A stretch of DNA of 57,120 bases from Candidatus Campbellbacteria bacterium. GTDB lineage: Bacteria; Patescibacteriota; Minisyncoccia; Phycocordibacterales; CSBR16-193. Of the stretch, positions 37,979 through 48,392 are shown one piece after another (positions within the stretch are counted from its first letter, which is position 1; each line of letters starts with the position of its first letter). The position numbers and the translations under genes were made by a program. Below the pieces are notes generated by a model. That model did not search any database, had not been told where the DNA came from, and saw nothing but the letters and a program-made list of their open reading frames with translations. The DNA lies in NCBI GenBank assembly GCA_007125155.1, contig SLDR01000028.1, positions 1-57,120 of the forward strand. The letters run 5' to 3'.

Positions 37979-39349
37979 TCAACTTTTTTGAACAATGGCC
38001 TCTTTAAAGCAAGTATATCTTTCCGGCCGAACTTTTTCCAGTAACAATTCATCGGTAGCGGTGTAGATGTCTCCGGCCCCCATCATGATGACTATGCTGT
38101 CTTTGTCCGATATCGATGAAACCAATTCCGAGACACCATCCAATGAACCGACAAAAGAAGCTCCGCCTCCCCCCGCTATGATGGAGGAAGCCATCTGTTC
38201 GGAAGAATATAATGGCTCATGATCTTCCGTTCTGGCCCGGCATACCGGTGTTAAAACGACATGATCGGCTTTAGACAGAGCCTTGACAAAATCATCAAAG
38301 AAAAAGTCGGTCCGGCTATGAAGATGAGGCTGAAAAACCACCACTATCCTCTTATCTTTGAATCTCTCCATCGCCGCCTCTATGGTTGCCGATATCTCCG
38401 CCGGATGATGTGCGTAATCATCGAAAACTAAAGCTCCTCCGGCTGTCTTTCCTTTGTATTCGAATCTTCTCCAAGTTCCGGCGAATGAACCGAGTCGTTT
38501 TACGGCTTCAACTTCCGATACTCCCAAGATCTCAGCGACGGTAACAGCGGCTTTAGCGTTGTTTCGATTGTGTTCTCCGGGAACCATAAGGTCCTCCATT
38601 TTTATCCTTTTACTTCCGTAATTCAATACATCCAAATCGGAATGACCCACTACCGACCTCACAGTATCATCATCGGTCAAACACACCAGTTTTCCGCCGG
38701 GAGCGACTCTTGATACCATTTCTTCAAAAGCGAAACGAATGTCCTCCAGATCCTTATAGCAATCAAGATGGTCCTCTTCTATGTTGGTAATTACAAGTAT
38801 GTCCGGATACAAATGTAAAAAAGACCTTTTGTACTCACATGCCTCGACGACAAAGCAGTTGTCATTTCCAACACGAAAGTTCGAGAATCTTTTTTCGTCG
38901 GCACCGCCCTTTACCATTGAACCCACTATCACCATGGGATCCATACCCGAATTCTCAAGTATGTGAGCCACCATAGCGGTTGTTGTTGTCTTGCCATGAG
39001 TACCCGCAACGGCTACTGTAAAAATTTCTTTCGATATGAGACCTAAAGCCTCCGGATAAGATAGAACCGGAATGTTCATTCGCCTCGCCTCCAACAGTTC
39101 AGGGTGGTCATTCGATATCGCCGGAGTATGCACCAAAAGATCGACGGTATCCTTTATGTCATGAATTAAACCCCCACAAGTTATTCCCGCACCGGCATCC
39201 GAGAGACCTTCAATTATTTCAGAGAAGCCCTGATCGGAACCGGTTACCACCTTTCCGCAAGAAAGACACATTCCCGCCAATGCCGACATGCCTATGCCAC
39301 CAATACCGGAAAAGTGTATTCTTTCAAATCGGTCGAGACCTCCTAACAT
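37979..39349 (-). CDS. murC: UDP-N-acetylmuramate--L-alanine ligase
   Basis: 456 aa. HFSGIGGIGMSALA and VAGTHGKTTTTAM. Confidence 0.9.
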   Translation of the reverse strand: MLGGLDRFERIHFSGIGGIGMSALAGMCLSCGKVVTGSDQGFSEIIEGLSDAGAGITCGGLIHDIKDTVDLLVHTPAISNDHPELLEARRMNIPVLSYPEALGLISKEIFTVAVAGTHGKTTTTAMVAHILENSGMDPMVIVGSMVKGGADEKRFSNFRVGNDNCFVVEACEYKRSFLHLYPDILVITNIEEDHLDCYKDLEDIRFAFEEMVSRVAPGGKLVCLTDDDTVRSVVGHSDLDVLNYGSKRIKMEDLMVPGEHNRNNAKAAVTVAEILGVSEVEAVKRLGSFAGTWRRFEYKGKTAGGALVFDDYAHHPAEISATIEAAMERFKDKRIVVVFQPHLHSRTDFFFDDFVKALSKADHVVLTPVCRARTEDHEPLYSSEQMASSIIAGGGGASFVGSLDGVSELVSSISDKDSIVIMMGAGDIYTATDELLLEKVRPERYTCFKEAIVQKS

Positions 39350-39390
39350 GAAAAAAGTATAGCATATATGCTATATAATAAAAAATATCC

Positions 39391-40737
39391 CTATTTGGTG
39401 GACAGTTCTTCTCTCTTTTTTTCAAGAACATTCAAGAAAGACCTTTCTCGCTCATACTCGTTACCGAACTGGGAAAAAGAGGCAAAGGCCGGACTAAAAA
39501 GAATAACGTCTCCCTCTTCAGATATCGAATAGGCCGTATCAAGAGCATCTTCAATATCGTCGACCAACTTGATTTTTGATGGGTTTATCATCTCCTTTAT
39601 TCTTTCGGTTCCCGACCCGGGTAAAAAAAGACATTTATGAACCGAGTTCTCGACCACCTCCGCCAGAACGTTAATGGGAAGATCCTTGTCGGCACCTCCC
39701 GCTATCAATATGATCCTTCCTTTTTTTTCCAAGGCCTTTACGGAGGCGGCGGTAGCTTCGGGTGTGGTCGCGTTGTTGTCGTTGTAGAACATCCTTTCTT
39801 TTATCTTTCCTTTATATTGCAGACGACCGGATACACCCGGAAATTCGGCAAGGGAAGCTCTGCATGTATCTTGAGATACTCCCAAGGACAACGCCGTAGA
39901 TACGGCCAGAGCGGCGTTAACACGGTTATGCTCTCCCTCTACGGAGACGGGCCAATCGGATGGAATATCAATGTTCGACACGCTCTTTACTTTGCTTTTT
40001 ATCCTTCCTCCATATCTTTCTTTGATCATTCGACATACCCGCTCTTCGGCGATCAGAAGATCCGTTTCTTTCTGGTTAAGAAAAATAGACGCCTTGTCAT
40101 TCAAATATGAATCCATATCTCCTTTATAATAATTCAGATGGTCGGGCCCGAAGTTCGTAAAGATAGACAGATCCGGGGACATGGAGACCTCGGAGAAGCC
40201 CTGCAACTGCCAAGAATCCAGTTCAAGTAAAGCCAATTCATCTTTTGAACTCTCAGGCAAATGGGCCAACGTGGAAGACAGATACGCATTTCCACCAAGA
40301 AATACCTTCTTACCGGCTTTCTTCAAAATATAATATAATAAATGAGACACGGTGGTCTTACCTTTTGTGCCCGTCACACCAATGACGAGTGAGGGTGTCA
40401 TCTCCGCAAACAATGCGGTACTCATTCTGACGGGAATACCGGCCTTTCGGGCCTCGTTTATATAAAAGGAATCCAAAGGGACTCCCGCTCCCTTGATAAC
40501 CATGTCTATATCTCGAAAATCCCTGATCCTGTGACCACCCAGTACGAACCGAATGTTCTTGAGGTCATCCAGTTTAACCACGCTTTCTTTAAGATGTTCT
40601 TCGGATTTGATATCGGTAACGGTAACATAGGCTCCGCACTCCGCCAAAAACCTTGCGTCACCTATACCCCTGCCGAGCGATCCAAGACCCATCAATGTTA
40701 TTCTTTTGCCTTTGAAATATTTCTCAAAAGAGGCCAT
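39391..40737 (-). CDS. murD: UDP-N-acetylmuramoylalanine--D-glutamate ligase
   Basis: 448 aa. The N-terminal Rossmann region is ITLMGLGSLGRG, followed by GVTGTKGKTTV. Confidence 0.85.
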   Translation of the reverse strand: MASFEKYFKGKRITLMGLGSLGRGIGDARFLAECGAYVTVTDIKSEEHLKESVVKLDDLKNIRFVLGGHRIRDFRDIDMVIKGAGVPLDSFYINEARKAGIPVRMSTALFAEMTPSLVIGVTGTKGKTTVSHLLYYILKKAGKKVFLGGNAYLSSTLAHLPESSKDELALLELDSWQLQGFSEVSMSPDLSIFTNFGPDHLNYYKGDMDSYLNDKASIFLNQKETDLLIAEERVCRMIKERYGGRIKSKVKSVSNIDIPSDWPVSVEGEHNRVNAALAVSTALSLGVSQDTCRASLAEFPGVSGRLQYKGKIKERMFYNDNNATTPEATAASVKALEKKGRIILIAGGADKDLPINVLAEVVENSVHKCLFLPGSGTERIKEMINPSKIKLVDDIEDALDTAYSISEEGDVILFSPAFASFSQFGNEYERERSFLNVLEKKREELSTK

Positions 40738-40750
40738 AGGAGTTTTTCTG

Positions 40751-40835
40751 TGCCGTGGGGGAGAGTTGAACTCCCACTCCCTTTAAGGGAACTGCGCCCT
40801 GAACGCAGCGCGTCTACCAATTCCGCCACCACGGC
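40751..40835 (-). tRNA. tRNA-Leu (anticodon CAG), long variable arm
   Basis: The reverse complement is GCCGTGGTGGCGGAATTGGTAGACGCGCTGCGTTCAGGGCGCAGTTCCCTTAAAGGGAGTGGGAGTTCAACTCTCCCCCACGGCA. The anticodon loop is TTCAGGG. CCA is not encoded. Confidence 0.9.
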
Positions 40836-40951
40836 ATTCACAGAAAATATAACAATAAAAATAAAAAGAGTCCAAAAAAGTCGAGGGCCACGATCGGTGG
40901 TCGATAAAAACCGGCAAACATTCAAGCACGCGAACAACATTATGTTGTTCG

Positions 40952-40980
40952 TTGAATCTTTATTGTAAAACTAATAAAAT
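40952..40980 (+). promoter_or_regulatory. Sigma70-type promoter that places the TSS on the glycerate kinase start codon
   Basis: TTGAAT (40952-40957), a 17 nt spacer, TAAAAT (40975-40980), 6 nt, then ATG at 40987. Confidence 0.45.
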
Positions 40981-40986
40981 CTATTC

Positions 40987-42264
40987 ATGACGTACATTAG
41001 AAACTTCGGAAAGTTGGCCACTAATCCCGGCCGGCGTGACGCATTGAATATTTTGGAGGCCGGCTACGAAGCGATAAATACCGAGAGGATAATGCTTTCA
41101 AAGATAAAGATCGAAGGTGATGAACTCATCATTAAAAACAAAAGTTATGATCTTTCGATATACAAGAACATATATTTCATAGGGGTCGGTAAATGTGCAC
41201 TGGAAGCAGGAAGGGTGATGGAGATAATTATGGGAGACCGGATCCGAGACGGTGTCGTGATCGATAACGTTAAAGGGACGCTTGAGCGCATAAGAACATA
41301 CTATGGAACTCATCCCTGGCCGTCGGAAAAGAACATTTCCGCCACCAAAGAAATTATGGAGCTTCTGGAAAGATCAACAGAAGATGATCTGATAATAGTG
41401 GTGATCTCCGGGGGAGGATCGGCTTTGATGTGCATGCCTTATGAATCCAGCTGTCAGGACTTAATAGACATAAGTCGAACAATGACCAAAAAAGGTGCGG
41501 ACATCTACGAGCTTAACACTGTCAGAAAACACCTATCGGCGATAAAGGGCGGTCAGATGGCTCAAATGGCCTACCCCGCCGAAACGATCTCTCTTCTGTT
41601 CTCCGACGTTCTCGGAGACGATATTTCAGTCATAGCTTCAGGCCCAACTGTTAAAGACGGTACCACTGTTTATGATGCCGAAGAGATCCTTAAAAAATAT
41701 GGCATCTTCAATAAAGACAACCTCCCTCCTTTAAGAACCACTCCCAAAGAGGATAAGTGGTTTGAAAGGGTGGCAAATATATTGATCGCAACCAACAGTG
41801 ATGCCATAGAAGCAATGGAGGTCGAGGCGCGAGAATTGGGATACGAAACAGTGCCGGGTAATAAAAAAGTCTCCGGGAAAGCTCGCATTGTCGGCGAACA
41901 GTTCGCTAAAACAAATCTTTTGCCCGGCAGAGTTCAGATAAGCGGAGGAGAAACCACAGTCGATATAAAAGGGTCCGGCGAAGGTGGCAGAAACCAAGAG
42001 ACCGCTCTGGGTGCCCTGAGCCACATCTCCGACAATGCCGTTTTTATAGCGGCCGGGTCCGATGGAATAGACAACACTGATGCCGCAGGTGCCATTTGTG
42101 ACAAGGAAATAAAAGAGAGAGCTGAAAAGTTACACCTTGACCCGAATCAATTTATCTCCGACAATGATAGTTATAATTTTTTCGCCCGGGTCGGGGGACA
42201 GATAATGACCGGGCCAACCGGCAGTAATGTATCCGATCTATATATTTTGTTGACTTATAAGTAA
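40987..42264 (+). CDS. Glycerate 2-kinase (MOFRL/DUF4147 family)
   Basis: 425 aa. GVGKCALEAG, ISGGGSALM, ISGGETTV..GEGGRNQE and AAGSDGIDN. Confidence 0.8.
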   Translation: MTYIRNFGKLATNPGRRDALNILEAGYEAINTERIMLSKIKIEGDELIIKNKSYDLSIYKNIYFIGVGKCALEAGRVMEIIMGDRIRDGVVIDNVKGTLERIRTYYGTHPWPSEKNISATKEIMELLERSTEDDLIIVVISGGGSALMCMPYESSCQDLIDISRTMTKKGADIYELNTVRKHLSAIKGGQMAQMAYPAETISLLFSDVLGDDISVIASGPTVKDGTTVYDAEEILKKYGIFNKDNLPPLRTTPKEDKWFERVANILIATNSDAIEAMEVEARELGYETVPGNKKVSGKARIVGEQFAKTNLLPGRVQISGGETTVDIKGSGEGGRNQETALGALSHISDNAVFIAAGSDGIDNTDAAGAICDKEIKERAEKLHLDPNQFISDNDSYNFFARVGGQIMTGPTGSNVSDLYILLTYK

Positions 42265-42274
42265 AAGTAAAAAT

Positions 42275-44692
42275 ATGTCTGATAACAATAATCAATTACT
42301 TCTTTGGTTCGACCAAGTAAACAATGACGACGTTGAAAAGGTCGGAGGAAAGAACGCTTCACTGGGAGAGATGTATACCATCCTGTCCCAAAAAGGGATA
42401 AGAGTACCCAATGGTTTCATAATCACCGCCGAAGGATACAGATCATTTATAAAGGAATCCGGATTGGACGAATTGATACGTTCCCTTCTTAAAGATCTTG
42501 ACACTGCCGATATCAGAGCCCTTCAAAAAGCGGGTAAAAAGATCCGGGAAGCCGTTATCAAAGCCGAGCTGTCCTCCGAATTGAAAAATGAGATCGATGT
42601 CGCTTATAAAAACCTGTCTTTGTCATACGGCCAAGAGGCCACAGATGTGGCGGTAAGGTCATCAGCGACGGCGGAAGATCTACCAGGGGCAAGTTTCGCC
42701 GGTGAACACGACACCTATCTTAACGTTGTGGGAATCGAAAACGTTCACAAATATGTCAAACACGCCATGTCTTCCCTCTTCAATGACAGAGCCATCTCAT
42801 ACCGACAGGATAAGGGCTTCGATCATTTTGACGTTGCTCTTTCCGTAGGTGTTCAAAAAATGGTTCGCTCAGACAAAGGTTCTTCAGGTGTGATGTTCAC
42901 CTTGGACACCGAGTCCGGTTTTAAAGATGTTGTTCAGATAAGTGCGTCCTACGGACTGGGTGAAATGGTTGTTCAAGGAAAGGTCAATCCGGATGAGTAT
43001 CTTGTTTTCAAACCAACCCTCCATGAGGGCTTCAGTCCGGTCATTAAAAAGAGCTTGGGATCGAAAGAGATAAAGATGGTATATGAAACCAAAGGACAGT
43101 CTCCCGTTAAAGAAATAAAAACATCAAAAAATGAAAAGACATCTTATGCCTTAAACGACGAAGAGATCCTGATGCTGGCAAGATGGGGTATGGAGATCGA
43201 GAGACACTACTCCGAAAGAGCCGGAAAGCATTCACCGATGGATATAGAGTGGGCAAAAGACGGTATTAGCGGGGAGCTGTTTATAGTACAAGCCAGACCT
43301 GAGACCATTCATGCCGAGAACAAAGGTCTGGAAATAAGAGAATTCCACCTGAACACCAAAGAAGAACCCATCGCCGAAGGGATAGCGGTAGGTACGAAAA
43401 TTGCCGCCGGAAAAGCCAGGGTGATAGATTCGGTAAAAGACATTCACACTTTCAAAGAAGGAGAGGTGCTGGTAACTGAAATAACAGACCCGGACTGGGA
43501 ACCTATCATGAAGATAGCTTCGGCTATCGTCACCGAAAAAGGAGGAAGGACTTCTCATGCGGCGATTGTTTCCCGAGAGTTGGGTATCCCGGCCGTAATC
43601 GGAACACCGAATGTACGCAAGGTCGTGAAGACCGGTCAGATGATAACCTGCGACACCTCAAGCGGTACCGTGGGAAAGATATATGACGGCAAGCTGGAAT
43701 GGGAAGAAGTAGTCCACCAAATTGATCAGATACCGGAAACCAAGACCCGTGTGTCAATGAACATAGGAAGTCCGGAAAGTGCCTTTGTCTACTCTTCAAT
43801 ACCTAATGACGGGGTTGGCTTGGCCAGAGAAGAGTTCGTCATAGCTTCCCATATTCAAGTACATCCGCTTGCTCTTTTGAACTACTCTTCTCAGTCGCCT
43901 TCTTTGAAAAAAAGGATCGATGAGGCAACATTGGGCTACGACGACAAAAGACAGTTCTACGTCGATAAACTCGCCGAAGGAGTAGGACAGATAGCCGCCG
44001 CCTTTTACCCGAAACAGGTGATTGTCAGATTCTCGGATTTTAAAACAAATGAATACGCCACCTTGATAGGCGGTAAGGAATATGAACCCGAAGAGGAAAA
44101 CCCGATGATCGGCTGGCGTGGCGCTTCGCGTTATGCTCATCCGGATTTCACGGAAGCATTTAAGCTTGAATGTGAAGCCATGAAAAAGATACGTGAGCAG
44201 TTTGGTCTTAGGAATCTGGCCGTAATGGTCCCCTTCTGCCGAACTCCCGAAGAAGGACGGCAGGTTCTTGACATAATGGCAGAGTGTGGACTCGCAAAAG
44301 GACACGATGACCTTAAGGTCTACGTCATGTGTGAATTGCCGACCAATGTTTTAAGAGCTGACGACTTCCTTGATATCTTTGACGGTTTTTCCATCGGCTC
44401 CAATGACTTGGCGCAGTTGACCCTCGGTTTGGACAGGGACTCCTCTATAGTGGCCGGTATATCGAACGAAAATGATCCGGCTGTTAAAAAGTTCATCTCA
44501 CAAGCCATCAAAAAATGCCAAGAAAGAGGTAAATACATCGGCTTTTGCGGACAGGCGCCTTCCGACTACAAAGATTTCCTTCGTTTCCTTATACAAGAGA
44601 ACATAGACTCCGTTTCTCTTATACCGGACACCATCATCCCGATGAAATTCGAGATACACGAGGAAGAACAAAAGAGATCTGAAGAATCTTAA
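42275..44692 (+). CDS. ppsA: Phosphoenolpyruvate synthase (pyruvate, water dikinase)
   Basis: 805 aa. VGGKNASLGEM, the phospho-His loop GGRTSHAAIVSRELGIPAV, and the PEP-utilising C-terminal domain GSNDLAQLTLG. Confidence 0.9.
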   Translation: MSDNNNQLLLWFDQVNNDDVEKVGGKNASLGEMYTILSQKGIRVPNGFIITAEGYRSFIKESGLDELIRSLLKDLDTADIRALQKAGKKIREAVIKAELSSELKNEIDVAYKNLSLSYGQEATDVAVRSSATAEDLPGASFAGEHDTYLNVVGIENVHKYVKHAMSSLFNDRAISYRQDKGFDHFDVALSVGVQKMVRSDKGSSGVMFTLDTESGFKDVVQISASYGLGEMVVQGKVNPDEYLVFKPTLHEGFSPVIKKSLGSKEIKMVYETKGQSPVKEIKTSKNEKTSYALNDEEILMLARWGMEIERHYSERAGKHSPMDIEWAKDGISGELFIVQARPETIHAENKGLEIREFHLNTKEEPIAEGIAVGTKIAAGKARVIDSVKDIHTFKEGEVLVTEITDPDWEPIMKIASAIVTEKGGRTSHAAIVSRELGIPAVIGTPNVRKVVKTGQMITCDTSSGTVGKIYDGKLEWEEVVHQIDQIPETKTRVSMNIGSPESAFVYSSIPNDGVGLAREEFVIASHIQVHPLALLNYSSQSPSLKKRIDEATLGYDDKRQFYVDKLAEGVGQIAAAFYPKQVIVRFSDFKTNEYATLIGGKEYEPEEENPMIGWRGASRYAHPDFTEAFKLECEAMKKIREQFGLRNLAVMVPFCRTPEEGRQVLDIMAECGLAKGHDDLKVYVMCELPTNVLRADDFLDIFDGFSIGSNDLAQLTLGLDRDSSIVAGISNENDPAVKKFISQAIKKCQERGKYIGFCGQAPSDYKDFLRFLIQENIDSVSLIPDTIIPMKFEIHEEEQKRSEES

Positions 44693-44763
44693 AAAGGTGT
44701 TTAAGATTAAAGGATCATCAAATTACGCGAATGACACCTGATGCTTAAGAACGAGGATCAAAA

Positions 44764-46008
44764 ATGATACCGAAAATTGAGAACATAATCGCAAGACAGA
44801 TAATAGACTCTCGGGCCGTACCGACCATTGAGGTGGATCTGGTTTTGGATAATGGCGCCTTCGGTCGAGCGGCCGCTCCTTCAGGGGCTTCAACCGGAGG
44901 AGAAGAAGCTAAAGAAAAAAGAGATATGGATCCCGATCGCTACCGAGGTCTGAGCGTTAGCAACGCCATATATAATGTGGAAGGAAAGATATTACCTCAT
45001 CTTGCCGGAAAAAGATTCATCCAAGAAGAACTTGATCAAACCCTTATCGAGATAGACGGAACAGCGGATAAAAGCAACCTCGGGGCAAATGCCATCTTGG
45101 CGGTTTCATTAGCCTTCTCCAAAGCGCTTGCTTACAATGCCGGCCTACCCCTCCATCTTTATCTTGGAGATATGTTCTCGGAATATGAAGAGATGCCAAG
45201 ACCGATGTTCAACATAATAAACGGCGGAGTACATGCCAATAACGGACTTTCTTTTCAAGAGTTTCTTATCGTCCCTCAAGGAGCCACCTTCGAGGAAGAC
45301 ATGCGGTGCGGTGTGGAGATCTACCACTCTCTCAAAGATCTGTTAAAAGAGAATGGTCTGGGAACTTCGGTCGGAGATGAAGGAGGCTTTGCCCCGGCTC
45401 TTAATGACAATGAAGATGCTTTGAAAATAATTCGGGAAGCCGCTCAAAACGCCGGCTATGAGGCCGGTACTGATTACAGATTCGCCCTTGACATAGCCGC
45501 TAATGAGATAATGGATGGAAATAAATACCTTTACAATGGAAAATTCTTGAAAAAAGAAACATATATTTCAAAATTGACCGATATTATAAACGAATTCCCG
45601 TTTCTATCCATAGAAGACCCGTTCGATGAAAAGGATACCGAGGGATTCATTGAACTAAACCGACTCATAGGAAAAGATGTACTGATCATAGGGGATGATT
45701 ACCTTGTCACCAACCCCGGCAAGATCAAAATAGCCGCGGAAGAAAAAGCCGTAGGTGGCGTAATAATAAAACCGAACCAGATAGGAACCGTGACCGAAAC
45801 TCTGAACGCGACACTGGCCGCCATGAGCAACAGACTGATCACCGTATTCTCTCATCGATCGGGTGAAACCGAAGATACCGGCATATCTCATCTGGCTGTC
45901 GCTTCCAGAGCGCCACTTGTTAAATTCGGAGCTCCCGCACGCGGAGAAAGAACATCAAAATACAACGAGTTGTTGAGGATCGAGGAAGATATGGAAATGA
46001 TACTGTGA
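44764..46008 (+). CDS. eno: Enolase
   Basis: 414 aa. ARQIIDSRAVPTIEVDL, SHRSGETEDT, and GAGGA 8 nt upstream. Confidence 0.95.
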   Translation: MIPKIENIIARQIIDSRAVPTIEVDLVLDNGAFGRAAAPSGASTGGEEAKEKRDMDPDRYRGLSVSNAIYNVEGKILPHLAGKRFIQEELDQTLIEIDGTADKSNLGANAILAVSLAFSKALAYNAGLPLHLYLGDMFSEYEEMPRPMFNIINGGVHANNGLSFQEFLIVPQGATFEEDMRCGVEIYHSLKDLLKENGLGTSVGDEGGFAPALNDNEDALKIIREAAQNAGYEAGTDYRFALDIAANEIMDGNKYLYNGKFLKKETYISKLTDIINEFPFLSIEDPFDEKDTEGFIELNRLIGKDVLIIGDDYLVTNPGKIKIAAEEKAVGGVIIKPNQIGTVTETLNATLAAMSNRLITVFSHRSGETEDTGISHLAVASRAPLVKFGAPARGERTSKYNELLRIEEDMEMIL

Positions 46009-46143
46009 TCAACAAATAAAAACAATTTTAAAAATATTTGATTTTTAAGGGTTGCTGATCAATTTCAAAACAGGAGCAACATTTTGATAAAAATAAAGTG
46101 ATCGATAAGTAACACATCCGATAGGAGATCTAATTGATATTAT

Positions 46144-46758
46144 ATGCTTTTAAACTTCAGTGAAAGCCTAGATATACTAAATAAATATGAAATACCGACC
46201 GTAGAAAGTTACGTCGTGGAAAACGATGAGGGTCTTTTCAGTGCCATGGAAAAGATCCCCTTCCCTTTTGTCATGAAAATAGATTCACGTGAAATAATTC
46301 ATAAGACCGACAAAGGTGGGGTTGTGTTGGGAATATCGAGTCGAGAAGAGGCTGTCTCGCGCCTGAGGGAACTTTTGGAGATCTGTGACGGTGGAGTCAT
46401 CGTCCAAAAACAAACCGAGGGGGAAGAGATCATAATAGGCGGAAAAAGAGATGAGGTCTTCGGTCCGGTGGTAATGGTCGGTCTGGGTGGTATATTCGTT
46501 GAGATCTATAAAGACATCGTTTTCGGACTCGCTCCTTTGAATAAAAAAGAGGCTCTAAACATGATAAACAGTATAAAAGGAAAAAAAATACTTGAAGGTT
46601 TCAGAGGAAGGCCCTCCGTCAATAAAGAGGCTCTCGCTGAAGTTCTGGAAAGAACATCAAATCTTATCCAAAACGAACCTCAAGTAAAAGAGCTTGACCT
46701 TAACCCGGTCCTGGTCGGTGAAAATTCTCTTGTTTGTGACGTAAAAATATTGATATGA
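46144..46758 (+). CDS. ADP-forming acetyl-CoA synthetase, beta (ATP-grasp) subunit
   Basis: 204 aa. VMKIDSREIIHKTDKGGV, LDLNPV. It is translationally coupled (ATGA) to the next gene. Confidence 0.75.
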   Translation: MLLNFSESLDILNKYEIPTVESYVVENDEGLFSAMEKIPFPFVMKIDSREIIHKTDKGGVVLGISSREEAVSRLRELLEICDGGVIVQKQTEGEEIIIGGKRDEVFGPVVMVGLGGIFVEIYKDIVFGLAPLNKKEALNMINSIKGKKILEGFRGRPSVNKEALAEVLERTSNLIQNEPQVKELDLNPVLVGENSLVCDVKILI

Positions 46759-48101
46759 AAGTTTTTTTTGATCCAAAAAAAGTGGCGGTAGTAGGTGCCA
46801 CAGAAAGAGATAGATCGGTCGGACGAGGTCTTATGGAAAACCTCATGATCGACGAAAGAACGATCTTTCCCGTAAATCCCAATCATGAACACGTCTTCGG
46901 ATTAAAGGCGTACCCGGACATATTGTCGATACCGGAAGAGATCGATCTGGTCGTGATCGCGATCCCTAAAGCCGGAGTCAGAAATGTTGTCAAAGAATGC
47001 GTCGCAAAGGAAGTCGGTGGAGTCATCATAATATCAGCCGGCTTCGGGGAGACGGGAACGGAAGGAAAGAGGGAGGAAGAGGATATCGTTCAAATACTTA
47101 ATGAGAAGAACATACCTTTAATAGGACCCAATTGCCTCGGAATAATACGACCCCCCTCCAAACTGAATGCCTCCTTCGCGCCCGACACACCAAAGTCCGG
47201 AAAGATAGCATTTATATCTCAGTCCGGGGCACTGATAGATTCGGTCATAGACGGTTCCGTTGAAGAAAATTACGGTTTTTCATTTTTAGTCTCGCCCGGA
47301 AACGCGGCAGGTTTGTCTCTTGTGGACTACATTAAGCAAGCAAATGAAGATGAAAAGACAGAAGTCATTGCTCTTTACATAGAAGGTCTGAATGACGGGA
47401 GAGAATTCTACGAAACCATCAAAAATATCAACAAGCCCGTTGTCGTCATAAAGGGTGGAAAGAGTGAAGTTTCTCGAAAGGCCGTTTCATCCCACACCGG
47501 TTCCATGGCGGGAGAATCCGACATATTCTCAGCAGCCGTCAGACAGGCCGGGGCTATAGAAGTATCTTCAATAAAAGAACTTTTCAATGTTGCAAAAGCC
47601 CTTTCATGGCAGAGGCCGTTCAACGGAGGAATAGCGATAGTGACCAACGGAGGAGGTGTGGGTGTACTGACAGCTGATTATCTTGAAGGAGAATCTTTGC
47701 CGGAAATGAAACCGAAAACCCTCGATCTTATGGTAGACCACATGCACCCGGGTTACTCGGCAAGCAACCCGCTTGATATTGTCGGCGACGCCACGGCGGA
47801 TAGGTACAAGGTCGCCATTGAAGGAGTTTTGAGACAAGACGACATCGAAGCTCTGATAGTTATCCAGACACTACAAATTATGACCGAACCGGAAAAGAAT
47901 GCTAAAATAATGATAGAAGCAAGAGAAAAACACGGTAAAACAATGGTGGCCTGTTTTATGGGAAAGGGTGAAGAAACCAAAAGAGCGATAAATCTTTTGG
48001 AAAAGGAAATGATACCCAACTATCAAGATCCTCTTGAAGCTTCTCAAGCATTAAAAGTATTAAGCTCGATTGGAAAAAACAATGAAAAAAATAGTATTTG
48101 A
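46755..48101 (+). CDS. ADP-forming acetyl-CoA synthetase, alpha (CoA-binding/ligase-CoA) subunit
   Basis: 448 aa. KKVAVVGATERDRSVG, GPNCLGII, FISQSGAL and SSHTGSMAG. Confidence 0.8.
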   Translation: MKVFFDPKKVAVVGATERDRSVGRGLMENLMIDERTIFPVNPNHEHVFGLKAYPDILSIPEEIDLVVIAIPKAGVRNVVKECVAKEVGGVIIISAGFGETGTEGKREEEDIVQILNEKNIPLIGPNCLGIIRPPSKLNASFAPDTPKSGKIAFISQSGALIDSVIDGSVEENYGFSFLVSPGNAAGLSLVDYIKQANEDEKTEVIALYIEGLNDGREFYETIKNINKPVVVIKGGKSEVSRKAVSSHTGSMAGESDIFSAAVRQAGAIEVSSIKELFNVAKALSWQRPFNGGIAIVTNGGGVGVLTADYLEGESLPEMKPKTLDLMVDHMHPGYSASNPLDIVGDATADRYKVAIEGVLRQDDIEALIVIQTLQIMTEPEKNAKIMIEAREKHGKTMVACFMGKGEETKRAINLLEKEMIPNYQDPLEASQALKVLSSIGKNNEKNSI

Positions 48102-48306
48102 AAGAGAGAAATGTATAGGTTGCGGAGCGTGTGTTTCCGTCTGCCCCTCCTTCTGGGAAACAAGCAATGACGGGAAGGTCGATCTGAAAGAAGGAGTCGA
48201 AGAGGACGGAAACTTTAAAAGGGAAATGGAGGATGCGGGGTGCAATCAAGAGGCATCTCAAAGCTGTCCGGTTCAATGTATTCACGTTAAAGAAAACGAT
48301 TCTTAG
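48082..48306 (+). CDS. Small iron-sulfur ferredoxin
   Basis: MKKIVFEREKCIGCGACVSVCP...SCPVQCI. It sits between the acd and oxidoreductase genes. Confidence 0.7.
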   Translation: MKKIVFEREKCIGCGACVSVCPSFWETSNDGKVDLKEGVEEDGNFKREMEDAGCNQEASQSCPVQCIHVKENDS

Positions 48307-48392
48307 AAAGATAAAAGATGAAGAAATAAAAATACTGTGACATAGGATCAGAGTATTTATAAATTATAAATTTAAGACAAGCTGTTCATTTT

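Noticed and set aside
40698-40940. An 80-aa minus-strand ORF and the 145-aa + ORF at 40531-40968
   Set aside because: Both run across the tRNA-Leu gene and the murD 5' end, so they are artefacts of the tRNA region.
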